Origin: Spirochaetia bacterium
GTDB lineage: Bacteria > Spirochaetota > Spirochaetia > SZUA-6 > Bin103
Assembly (NCBI GenBank): GCA_965203905.1
Contig: CBDBDQ010000005.1
Location: 6,912,001-6,976,000, forward strand
Length of the DNA: 64,000 nt
Direction: 5' to 3'
The notes under the pieces are model-generated. The model ran no database searches, had not been told where the DNA came from, and saw only the letters and a list, made by a program, of their open reading frames with translations. Positions 55,263 through 64,000 of this stretch are shown one piece after another (position 1 is the first letter of the stretch; each line of letters opens with the position of its first letter). The position numbers were made by a program, and so were the translations under genes.

Positions 55263-55365
55263 CGTCCGCCCCGCAGGCACGCATCGACGCCCAGGTAAGG
55301 CGCCGCTGTCCGATCTCCGCTCCCCCTCGACACGTCCTGCATTATGGCGTAGCGCGAGACGCCGG

Positions 55366-57768
55366 TCACGGACCGCGGTGCGGGGGCTGCAGATCGAGCG
55401 CGAGCGAACGGAAGTTCTCGAGGCGGTGGAACGTGACAAGATCGTTGTCATGCTGGTTACGCCCCTCTTGCGAGGTGCGGGAGACGACCAGCAGGTCCTC
55501 TCCATCGATCAGGGGCGTGGCATAGTTGAACGCCTGCAGCGGGTTTGGCCATCTGGCGATACAGCCGGCCTGAAACCAGTTCAGCGCGTCCACGCTGTAG
55601 AACAGCATCAAGAAGCGCCTTTCGTTTCCCGGTTTTCCCAAGAACCCCTGCGCCGCGAGATCGGCTGCGAATGCCTCATCCTGCGTATTCGTCGGTAGAT
55701 TGGAGGTCATCCAAAAGAGCCGCGAAGTACTATCGTAGACGATATGGAATTGGTTTTGGCCGCCGGGCAGCGGGTGAAACTGTGTAAACCGGTAGTCCAA
55801 CGTATCGCCGTCGTCGTGGAGATCGCATACCACCGCCATGTTGGCTGTCGCACACCGATCGATGCGCGGTCGCAGGATAACCCGTATCCGGCCGCGCACA
55901 TTGACTACATTCGGTTCGAGATAGTGATCGCTGTGGTCGTACATCCTGCGGGAGAGCCCGTCAGGGGTGCCGGGATAGGTCAGGTAGGCAGAGATCCTCC
56001 AGGATGCAGGATCCATCAGGTCCTTCGAGAGATCCGCTGCCACCGCGACCGAGCGCGAGCCAACCGAATTGCCGAGTCCCTCCGTGTTGGGAGCTCCAAG
56101 AGCCCAATAGAGCCTGCCCTCCCGCTCCGCCATACCTGTTGCAGTGTTGAAGAAGATGCCCTCGAACAGCGTCACGGGATCGAGCCAGGTCTTACCACCA
56201 TCATCGGAACGGGTGATTCTGATGCCCTCGTGCAGTGGCCCCACCCCCAAGAAATAAATCCTCCCACCCCGCATGAACAGCCGGCCGTCACGGATAGCGA
56301 GCGGCGCACAGACCTGCCGCCATGAGGAACCCTCATCGGAGCTCGCGAAGATCAAGAGCGTGTTGTCACCCAACTTCTCCTGGGTCGCGAACAAATGCAC
56401 GCGGGTCCCCTGAATGCGTCCTTTGAACGAGTGCGGTTTCTTGAACAGCACCAGGAGTGAGAAGGCGCAGAGCAGCGTGCCGTCGCGAAGCCGCAGCAGA
56501 GAGGGAGCACCACTGAGCATGTCCGGATCGGGCATCGTGTGGATCACGACATGATCTTGAGCGAGGGTACGCGCCCTTCCGACTGCCCGGGTCTCCTCTT
56601 GAGCTGAGTAGCTGCGCGTGTACCGCGGGTGCAGCTCGAGCGCGAGCGATCTGAACTCGGCTAACCGATGAAATGTAATCAAGTCGTTGTCGTGCTGATT
56701 CGGCGCATCCTGGGAGGTACGGGAGACGAACAGCAGGTCCTCGCCGTCGACGATGTGCGTCACGTAGTTGAACGACTGCAGCGTGCTCGGCCCCATTGCC
56801 AGACAGCCTGCCTGGAACCAGTTCAGCGCATCCACGCTGTAGAACAGCATCAGGAACCGTCGCTCATCTCCAGGCCTGCCCAAGCCGCTCGCCGCAAGTT
56901 TCTCAGCCAGCTCGAGGTCTTGGGTATTGGTCGGTAGATTCGACGTCATCCAGAACAGCCGCGATTCCTCGTCGTAGACGATGTGGAACTTGTTCTGTGC
57001 GCCGGGCAGGGGATGGAATTGACAGAAACTTAGCTGCAGCCGTTCGCCGTCGTCACTGACATCGCAGACCGCTCCCAGACCGGAGGTGGCGTATTGCTCA
57101 ATGCGCAGCCGCAGGAGCACGCGGATCTTGCCTCTGACGTTGACTACGTTGGGCTCGAGCCAGTGGTCCTGCTCATGACTGAACACCCCTGACGTCAACG
57201 CCGAAGGCGTCCCCGGGTAAACCAGGTCCTCGGACATTCGCCAGGCGGAAGGACGCAGCAGGTCCTCCCCGAGATTCGCCGCGGTCACGACACACCGCGA
57301 TCCCTGCCTGTTGTAGAGTCCTTCCTCGTTGGGGGCTCCGAAAGCGCGGTACAAGGTACTGCCGGCTATCGCCGTTGCCGTGGGAGCACTCCAATAGCTG
57401 CCTCGGAACAGAACAGAGAATGGCTGCCAAGTCTCACCTTCGTCCTCGGAGCGGCTGATGATGATGTCCTTTCTCCCGAGTCCGTTGCCGAGCAGGTAGA
57501 GAACTCCGTCGTGCACGATGGGAAGCCCCATGTTGATCTCGAGTGGTGCTAGCTGCTGCCACGTGCGTCCTTCATCCTCGCTGCGCGCGAGCCGGAACCG
57601 CTGCCGGTTGCTGTGGACGTTCGGGCCGCGCGTGCCGCGGAACGTAAACGTCGCCAGAAGCCGGCCGCTGGGGAGCCGGAGCAACGCCGGATCGTCCGTG
57701 ATCAGGTGGCCGGCTGGAGGAACAGCAGCCACGACGACGTGGGCCGCTGCCAAGGGTTGCACATCCAT
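55366..57768 (-). CDS. Tandem two-domain sialidase-like (BNR/Asp-box) protein
   Basis: Asp-boxes SEDEGRTW, SEDEGETW, SSDEGSSW and SDDGGKTW; the two halves are homologous. Confidence 0.8.
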   Translation of the reverse strand: MDVQPLAAAHVVVAAVPPAGHLITDDPALLRLPSGRLLATFTFRGTRGPNVHSNRQRFRLARSEDEGRTWQQLAPLEINMGLPIVHDGVLYLLGNGLGRKDIIISRSEDEGETWQPFSVLFRGSYWSAPTATAIAGSTLYRAFGAPNEEGLYNRQGSRCVVTAANLGEDLLRPSAWRMSEDLVYPGTPSALTSGVFSHEQDHWLEPNVVNVRGKIRVLLRLRIEQYATSGLGAVCDVSDDGERLQLSFCQFHPLPGAQNKFHIVYDEESRLFWMTSNLPTNTQDLELAEKLAASGLGRPGDERRFLMLFYSVDALNWFQAGCLAMGPSTLQSFNYVTHIVDGEDLLFVSRTSQDAPNQHDNDLITFHRLAEFRSLALELHPRYTRSYSAQEETRAVGRARTLAQDHVVIHTMPDPDMLSGAPSLLRLRDGTLLCAFSLLVLFKKPHSFKGRIQGTRVHLFATQEKLGDNTLLIFASSDEGSSWRQVCAPLAIRDGRLFMRGGRIYFLGVGPLHEGIRITRSDDGGKTWLDPVTLFEGIFFNTATGMAEREGRLYWALGAPNTEGLGNSVGSRSVAVAADLSKDLMDPASWRISAYLTYPGTPDGLSRRMYDHSDHYLEPNVVNVRGRIRVILRPRIDRCATANMAVVCDLHDDGDTLDYRFTQFHPLPGGQNQFHIVYDSTSRLFWMTSNLPTNTQDEAFAADLAAQGFLGKPGNERRFLMLFYSVDALNWFQAGCIARWPNPLQAFNYATPLIDGEDLLVVSRTSQEGRNQHDNDLVTFHRLENFRSLALDLQPPHRGP

Positions 57769-57818
57769 AGTTTGAATCTCCTGTCACTCGCAAAGCCCCT
57801 ACCGTGAGTATCAGGGCC

Positions 57819-57865
57819 GAAAAGTGGGGCTCGCGGTAGCACCATTGCAGCGTACCGCAAGCCCC
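57819..57865 (-). terminator. Intrinsic terminator-like hairpin after the SBP gene
   Basis: Minus strand reads GGGGCTTGCGGTA...TACCGCGAGCCCC followed by ACTTTT. Confidence 0.55.
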
Positions 57866-57927
57866 TAGAGCAGTCCGAAGTGCACTCGCCGATCACCGAG
57901 CTCGGTGCCAGCAACCGGATGGGACGC

Positions 57928-59547
57928 TCAATATCCCAGACCGCTCAACAGATCGGCGGCCAGTGAAGCCCGCCCCTGGTACCGTTCGAACGCCTGGTTG
58001 TAGATCGCCACCTTTCTCTCTATCCCCAGTTCCTTGCAGCGGGCTAGGTAGCTGTCCCAGTTGGCAAAGCTCTCCTCTCCTATGATGAACTTGTAGGCCA
58101 TCTCCGACAGATAAGTGTTCAAGGCATCCAACTCCCTGAGCTCGTCGCCTTCTTCCTCAGTGAACGTCAGGTAAGGTTCCGCGGGCAGTCCCGCGTTCCC
58201 CTCGTCGTAGAAAGCAAGCTGCTGACGTGCGGCCTCGCGTGCTCCACGCTCCTGCTGGCCCGGAAAGTCACCTCCTCGCACTTCTCCGCCGGCGTTCAGG
58301 CCGACAGCCCATTGCAGATCCGTGGTCTTTACCTGGTCCAAGTACTGAGGCTGTCCGTGGTCGTCATAGTTGAAGGTTTCCCCTTCCACACCGTATGCAA
58401 ACAGCTCTACATATTCCTCGGTGAACATGTAATCAAAGACCTTGAGGATCCTATCAAGATGCTTGGTGGTGGCACTGACCACCCGCTGTGCACCAGAGCT
58501 GACGCCGCCAAACGTATAGGTCTTTCCGGCACCGTCGTAAGAGGGAAACTCTGCCCACATCCAGGTGAAGTCGGGATTGTCGTTCTCCTTGCGGCCCGCT
58601 CTGGTAACGGTATCCGGCGTATTCCAGGACCGGTTCATCCCCATGAATATCTGGTTGTTCACGATCAGCTTCTGGTAGGTCGCACTGCCCGTGGCCGAGA
58701 ATTCCGGATGCAGCAGAGCCTCGGCGTAGAGCCGGTGCAGGAACTGCAGCATGGTCCGGTAGTTTTCACCTGTGCCGCCTTCTGCATAGCGCGGCGGAGT
58801 GCCCCAGAAGTCGTAGTATACGCCCGTTGGCAGCACCGGCTTGCCACCAAACCCAATGCCGGTTTCAAACAGCGGCGAAGAGTAGGTGATCAGCCAGTCG
58901 GAGCCACCGGGTACGGAAAACGGCGACGTATCCGGGTACAACCTCTTAAGCTGCTTCAGGTTCTCATAGAAAGCGTCGAAGGTATTACCTGGCGTCATCC
59001 CGTGCTTGTCGAATATATCTTTCCGATAGGAAAACCCTTGGCTGAAATTATCCGCGGTACTTGTCTTGTAGTTTCCGGTGGAGTAAATTGCCCCCGTATC
59101 AGTCATGCTGTTCTTGATTCCGTCCGGTATCACGGACAGGAAATTGCTTAGTAGATGAGGCATCTTGGCGAGATGGGGTCCCAGGTCAAGGAAGTATCCA
59201 TCAACGTCTCCCCACTGCGCTACCCGCGAATTCCCCTGATTCACCAACAGCATGATGTCGGGGATGTCACCAGAGGCCAGGATTACGCTCAGCTTGCTAT
59301 CGTATTCGCTGCCCGGGGCACTACTAAGGTCCCATTCGATATTGAACTTCTTACCCAACTCCCTGAATACGATGTGTTTCTCGGGATCGAGCGGATATCT
59401 CCCATAATCCTTGAAGAAGTAACTGACATGTGCCGTAGTTTCTGCGCCATCCCCAGCGGCGCTCTGTTCCTCCACGCCACCGCCCCATAGAGGACCCCCG
59501 GCGCAGGCCAGCACAACCAACCATGCTACCACAGTTTTTTTCATCAT
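57928..59547 (-). CDS. Carbohydrate ABC substrate-binding protein
   Basis: Signal peptide, ILASGDIPD, YRKDIFDKHG and FIIGEESFANWDSY. Confidence 0.9.
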   Translation of the reverse strand: MMKKTVVAWLVVLACAGGPLWGGGVEEQSAAGDGAETTAHVSYFFKDYGRYPLDPEKHIVFRELGKKFNIEWDLSSAPGSEYDSKLSVILASGDIPDIMLLVNQGNSRVAQWGDVDGYFLDLGPHLAKMPHLLSNFLSVIPDGIKNSMTDTGAIYSTGNYKTSTADNFSQGFSYRKDIFDKHGMTPGNTFDAFYENLKQLKRLYPDTSPFSVPGGSDWLITYSSPLFETGIGFGGKPVLPTGVYYDFWGTPPRYAEGGTGENYRTMLQFLHRLYAEALLHPEFSATGSATYQKLIVNNQIFMGMNRSWNTPDTVTRAGRKENDNPDFTWMWAEFPSYDGAGKTYTFGGVSSGAQRVVSATTKHLDRILKVFDYMFTEEYVELFAYGVEGETFNYDDHGQPQYLDQVKTTDLQWAVGLNAGGEVRGGDFPGQQERGAREAARQQLAFYDEGNAGLPAEPYLTFTEEEGDELRELDALNTYLSEMAYKFIIGEESFANWDSYLARCKELGIERKVAIYNQAFERYQGRASLAADLLSGLGY

Positions 59548-59648
59548 GTGCGAATCTCCCTGGCTTGTGTAAGCCATAGTTCACGATCAGACTACACTCT
59601 CTGGCACCTCGTACGAGGCTTCATACAATCATAGGCGGCTCACCTCCG

Positions 59649-60521
59649 TTATCCCTTTATGGCGCCAATCATGACGCCCTTGGTGAAGTGTTTCTGGGCA
59701 AAGGGATAGACCACGATTATGGGGAATACGATGACTACTATGAACGCTGCCTGCACACTCATGGGTAAGGCAACCACCTCTTCCTCGGCACCGATGAACA
59801 TCTCCAGGTAGGTGGTTGCCGACACCAGCACCCTCCGCAAAATTATCTGTACCGGCATCAAATGGTTGCTATTGAGATACAGCAGGGCTGGAAAGAAACT
59901 GTTCCAATGGTACACCATGTGAAAGATGGTCAGTGTTGCCAAGATAGGTTTCGAGAGTGGAAGTACGATTCGTACCAGAATCGTGAACTCGTTTGCGCCG
60001 TCGATCAAAGCAGACTCGCGGAGGCTTTCGGGGTGTTGCTGCAGGAAGGTGCGGAAGACGATGAGATACCACGGGGTCAGCGCACTAGGCAATATGATAG
60101 CCCAGACGGTGTCGAGCATACCGAGTGTCTTGATCCACAAGAATCTCGGTATCATGCCTTCGTTGAACACCATGGTGAACAGCACGCAGACCAGGATCAC
60201 GCTGCGCGGATAGAAGACTCTCAGCGATAGCGGATACGCCATCAACGATGCCAGGATTAGCAGAGCAGCGGTACCGGTGACGACATAGAACACCGACATC
60301 ATGAAACCCCGGATAATTCCCGGCTCCCGGAGCACGTGGTAGTAGGCGTCCGTATTAAACCCGATTGGAAACAGTTTCACGCGGCCCGCGAGAACGGCGC
60401 TGGAGCGGCTTAGCGACAACGATATCGTGTAGACAAACGGATACAGCATCACGACCATCATCACGATCATGAAAATCGTCACGAAAACATCGACAGATGA
60501 GTCAGAGAGGCGTTGTTTCAT
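59649..60521 (-). CDS. Carbohydrate ABC permease (YtcP-like)
   Basis: ESALIDGANE and YPFAQKHFTKG. Confidence 0.93.
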   Translation of the reverse strand: MKQRLSDSSVDVFVTIFMIVMMVVMLYPFVYTISLSLSRSSAVLAGRVKLFPIGFNTDAYYHVLREPGIIRGFMMSVFYVVTGTAALLILASLMAYPLSLRVFYPRSVILVCVLFTMVFNEGMIPRFLWIKTLGMLDTVWAIILPSALTPWYLIVFRTFLQQHPESLRESALIDGANEFTILVRIVLPLSKPILATLTIFHMVYHWNSFFPALLYLNSNHLMPVQIILRRVLVSATTYLEMFIGAEEEVVALPMSVQAAFIVVIVFPIIVVYPFAQKHFTKGVMIGAIKG

Positions 60522-60539
60522 GTCCGCTCCGGCAACATG

Positions 60540-61499
60540 TCAATAGATCCCTTCGCCGCTCAGTTTCTTGCTGACGTAGTTGGCGCCTACAATCAGCACC
60601 AGACAGATGATGCTTTCAAGAAATCCTATCGCGGCGGCATAGCTGATGTCCTGTCCGCCCAGAATACCGACCCGGTACACGTAGGTGTTCAGGACATCGG
60701 CGGTCTCGTAGGTGGCGGGGCTGTACATCAGATAGACCTTCTCGAAACCCACACTGAAAAGCTGTCCCATTTTCAAGATCAGAAGCACCCTGATGGTGGG
60801 CATGATGACTGGCAGCGTGATCCGGAAGATGCACTGAAGCCGGCTTGCGCCATCGATTTTTGCGGCCTCATAGAGCTGCACGTCGATACCCGCGATGGCC
60901 GCCAGGTAGATGATCGAGCCCCATCCGGCGTCCTGCCATATGCCGATCCCCACATACAGGGTTCTGAACCACTCGGGACGAGACATGAACAGAATGGGTC
61001 TGCCCTCGTTTATCGGCTTGACCAAGAGGTAGTTGATGATACCATCCGAGGCAGTGAGCATCTGCAACAGTCCGACCACGACGACGGTGGAGACGAAATG
61101 CGGCAGGTAGCTCACTGACTGGCCCACTCTCTTGAACTTCTCGTGGTGCACCTCATTGATCGTAAGGGCCAGCAGGATCGGTACGGGGAATCCCCAGAGC
61201 AGGCTGTAAAACGCAATGAGGAACGTGTTTCTGATGATCCTGAAGGCGTACGGATCGTGGAAAAAACGAATGAAGTGCTTGAACCCTACGAATTCACTTG
61301 CAAACAGTCCCTTGGCAAGCTTGAACTTCTGAAAGGCGACGATCAGACCGCCCATGGGAATGTACCGAAATACGACGAACCAGAGGACCCCGGCTGCGCA
61401 CATGACATAGAGCAGAGGATACTGTCTGATGTTGCGTATCAGCGGACTGGAGCGGCCTTTCGAGATTACCGATGGGATCTGCCGAGGAGCCGTGGACAC
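60540..61499 (-). CDS. Carbohydrate ABC permease (YteP/LplB-like)
   Basis: SYLPHFVS and GWGSIIYLAAIAGIDVQLYEAAKIDGA; GTG start with SD GGAGGGG. Confidence 0.93.
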   Translation of the reverse strand: MSTAPRQIPSVISKGRSSPLIRNIRQYPLLYVMCAAGVLWFVVFRYIPMGGLIVAFQKFKLAKGLFASEFVGFKHFIRFFHDPYAFRIIRNTFLIAFYSLLWGFPVPILLALTINEVHHEKFKRVGQSVSYLPHFVSTVVVVGLLQMLTASDGIINYLLVKPINEGRPILFMSRPEWFRTLYVGIGIWQDAGWGSIIYLAAIAGIDVQLYEAAKIDGASRLQCIFRITLPVIMPTIRVLLILKMGQLFSVGFEKVYLMYSPATYETADVLNTYVYRVGILGGQDISYAAAIGFLESIICLVLIVGANYVSKKLSGEGIY

Positions 61500-61992
61500 T
61501 CGCCCCCTCCGTAATTCAGTACCTCGCCTAAACGATTCGGGTCCTTGACGCCATCCCCCTTGCCGGCTCTGACGCCAAGGCATGGAGAACAGCCACCAAC
61601 GGAGATCGACTCCTTGGACCTCAGGCTGTGACGCAACATGATGCTGGAGGCAGCGGTAACGACGAGGATCCAGCAACAACCGCTGTTGGGCCGGCTCCCC
61701 TTCCACAGGTGGTCGCGGACCCTGAGCTGCGCCGACGTCGTCGACCGCGGAGCTGCCGCAGTATGCTCAGTAACGCGTACCATCGAATATGATCTTAACA
61801 CGGTTTGTCGCGAGCATCAATCCTCCTGCAGGGACGCAGCCTTTGCGGCGCACTGCCCGGAGTGTTGCAGCGGCCAGTGCGGGCAGCAGGCATCGGCCCC
61901 GAACGTGCGCCAAGCACGTCCAGGGCCGCCTACCTGCGCGATGGCCTGTCCGCTACCACCGCGGAGCGAAACGAAAGAGAGGTGGTGTCCTT

Positions 61993-63960
61993 CTACTTTC
62001 TCCAGAAGAACTGCTGGGCCTCGTAGTAGAGCTCCAGGTGATGTTCGGCATCGGCGCCAAACTGCTCCGGAACGTTGCGCAGGTCGTTGTCCACGATGTG
62101 CAGCTTGGGGGCCATCCCGATGGTACCCATGTGGTAGAGCAGTTCCGCGTTGTAATCGTAGATCTCCTCCATCAGCTTGGTGTACTCGGGCGAACCCAAT
62201 GGCACCGACGTGGCCCTCTCTACGCGATAGAACTGTTCCTTTACATGCTCGGGAGGTTCTTCTCCGGGAAACTTGCCACCCTCGAAATCGGCGAGCGTCT
62301 TGGTTCCCAGGTAGTTCACGTCTCGGTCTGCCTCCAACCAGGTCTCCCACGCGGGAGCCTCTTTCAGTCCGTGTACGCGCGGCCGGAAGGGCTCTACGAG
62401 GAAGGAAATCTCGCCGACGGTGCCGTAACCCTGCACCATGATCATGTGGTCGACGTTGCGGGTTCGTTCGTTATAGATCGCCCAGGCCAATTCTCCCCTG
62501 ATCAAAATCTTGAGGCCCACATCTTCCCAGTATTCCTTCATCAGCTCGAACATGGTGGGGTCGGTGAATGCCTCGGCGTACTCGACCAGCAGCACCAACG
62601 CCTTGCCATCGGGTCCCAGGCGGAAACCGTCGCCGTCGCGGGCCGTCATGCCTATCTCATCGAGCAGCGCACTGGCTTTGTCCGGGTCGTACTTGATGGA
62701 CGGATGTTCCTCACCCCATTCCGGTTTGTAGAAACTGGAGCTGGGCAGGGTCGTGGCCTGGCGCGGTGTGCCAAGCCCGAAGTAGACGGCTTCGTTCATC
62801 TCCTCGCGATTGAGGGCCATGGACAGCGCCTGCCGGAACCGCACGTCGTTGAAGTACTTCCGCAATTCCGGGTCGGGATGATTCTGATTGATGCTGAAAC
62901 CGGCCTCCGAGGCGTTGACCCCGGGCACCGCGATTACCCGGTATCCCCCCTGCTGCTCGTTCTCCTTGTATAGCGAGTAGTTCTCCATGGTCGTGTTGGC
63001 CACGGCAATATCCGCTTCTCCGGACATGATCTTCGCCTGGTAGACTTCCTTGTTCACCGCGGTAACTACGACGTTGTCAATATAGGGGAGCTGATTGCCT
63101 GCCGGATCCACCTGGTAGAAGTAAGGATTGCGCTCGAAGAACTTGACGGTCGCGGTCTGCGTCTCGAACGTCCAGGGCATCGTGGTGGGCTGGTCGATGT
63201 CGGTTGTCGGGTAAAAGATCTGGTGACTGTTGAACGCCTGCGCCCAGCTATCGAAGCCCTCTTCCTTGGCCAGGCTGGCGGCGTCGGGATTGTACTTAAT
63301 GTGCCACTTCTGCAGATAGTGCTTGGGTGCGTACGACGCAATCTCGCCCCCCGGCCAGGTCACCATGACCACCGGCAGCACCGGATACGGGGTATCCATC
63401 TCGAACCGCACGGTGTAGTCGTCCAGCTTCCGGATCCGGTTTACTCTCCCGTACAGGTTCCAGGTGTTGACCTCGTCATTCCAGTGCATGTCCTCGAACA
63501 TAAATACGATATCGTCCGCGGTAAAGGGATGGCCGTCGGACCACTTGGCTCCCGGTCTGAGCAGCAGCGTCATGCTCTTGCCGTCTTCCGCGAGCTCGAA
63601 TCCCCTGGCGAGATCGGGTACTATCTCGTTGTCCGCGGTCAGGTCCAGCAGAAACGAGCTGCCACCGATCACCTCTCCCATGTCATTCCAGGAGTCCATG
63701 TTGATGGCGAACGCGTTGATGGTCCCGCCGTATTGGCCGATCTCTTCGACGACCTCTTTCACCTTGGGCTCATCAGGTAGTCTTTCGGTAACCGGCGGCA
63801 ACTCACCTGCTGCGACCAGCTCCGCGAGCATCGGCGCTTCGCGGTACTGTCCGGAACTCGTGGCAACGGCACCGGTAGTCTCTTCCTCGCTGCCAGCGGC
63901 AACCGCGGACAGCGCGGCGACCAGCCAGAATACCAGGCTCCATAGTAACGGCTTCTTCAC
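61993..63960 (-). CDS. ABC substrate-binding protein, family 5 (paralog of 2226-4271)
   Basis: EAPMLAELVAAGELPPV.ERLP, GQYGG and ERNPYFYQVDPAGNQLPYID. Confidence 0.93.
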   Translation of the reverse strand: MKKPLLWSLVFWLVAALSAVAAGSEEETTGAVATSSGQYREAPMLAELVAAGELPPVTERLPDEPKVKEVVEEIGQYGGTINAFAINMDSWNDMGEVIGGSSFLLDLTADNEIVPDLARGFELAEDGKSMTLLLRPGAKWSDGHPFTADDIVFMFEDMHWNDEVNTWNLYGRVNRIRKLDDYTVRFEMDTPYPVLPVVMVTWPGGEIASYAPKHYLQKWHIKYNPDAASLAKEEGFDSWAQAFNSHQIFYPTTDIDQPTTMPWTFETQTATVKFFERNPYFYQVDPAGNQLPYIDNVVVTAVNKEVYQAKIMSGEADIAVANTTMENYSLYKENEQQGGYRVIAVPGVNASEAGFSINQNHPDPELRKYFNDVRFRQALSMALNREEMNEAVYFGLGTPRQATTLPSSSFYKPEWGEEHPSIKYDPDKASALLDEIGMTARDGDGFRLGPDGKALVLLVEYAEAFTDPTMFELMKEYWEDVGLKILIRGELAWAIYNERTRNVDHMIMVQGYGTVGEISFLVEPFRPRVHGLKEAPAWETWLEADRDVNYLGTKTLADFEGGKFPGEEPPEHVKEQFYRVERATSVPLGSPEYTKLMEEIYDYNAELLYHMGTIGMAPKLHIVDNDLRNVPEQFGADAEHHLELYYEAQQFFWRK

Positions 63961-64000
63961 GTCACTCCCTCCTGCTGCCCGTGGGCAGCCCTTGAACGGG

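Noticed and set aside
55325-55352. CTACGCCATAA-TGCAGG-ACGTGTCGAGG (minus strand) as a dif-like site
   Set aside because: The XerD arm matches only about half of the consensus; more likely a CATAAT -10 element for the GH78 gene.
61500-61990. 490-bp intergenic region as a possible ncRNA or riboswitch
   Set aside because: No recognisable Rfam motif by eye; an Infernal search would be needed.
74-63960. Many long overlapping or antisense ORFs in the track (e.g. 19882-21600, 23608-25410, 33051-35357, 53421-55244)
   Set aside because: Shadow ORFs expected at high GC: Arg/Pro/Gly-rich, lacking motifs and overlapping well-supported genes.

Overview
GC-rich bacterial chromosomal window. The solute-binding protein N-termini (e.g. 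AGGTAESAA, GGGVEEQ, AAGSEEET) suggest a GC-rich Spirochaetota/Spirochaetaceae-like organism; this is inference only. Sugar and sulfated-glycan scavenging dominates: a family-5 ABC system with an FGGY kinase and a sulfatase start, two CUT1 sugar ABC systems, GH78, sialidase-like, GH32-like and several unassigned GH-like proteins. Housekeeping genes include modABC, recQ and topA. Many operon junctions carry toxin-antitoxin modules, nuclease genes or their remnants: DUF4160/DUF2442, DUF433/DUF5615, TumE/HTH, PIN x2, HicB, Rpn x2, HNH and tandem coiled-coil PD-(D/E)XK genes. Most notable observations: (i) an ECF sigma plus soluble repeat-protein islet bounded by a 262-bp duplication of a kinase 5' end; (ii) an ARE-like ABC-F preceded by an unannotated MISRIR leader peptide and an anti-SD switch; (iii) two paralogous Cys-motif GH-like proteins bracketing a sugar ABC system, inside a perfect 24-bp direct repeat; (iv) tandem nuclease genes with variable heptad number separated by a decayed topA fragment; (v) a stand-alone RpnS-like ORF; (vi) a ComA-fold enzyme with an altered active site; (vii) a recurring leaderless promoter architecture. 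No rRNA, tRNA, CRISPR array, integrase or transposase was recognised. Several single-base frameshifts may be assembly errors. Family assignments come from motif recognition by eye, not from database searches.
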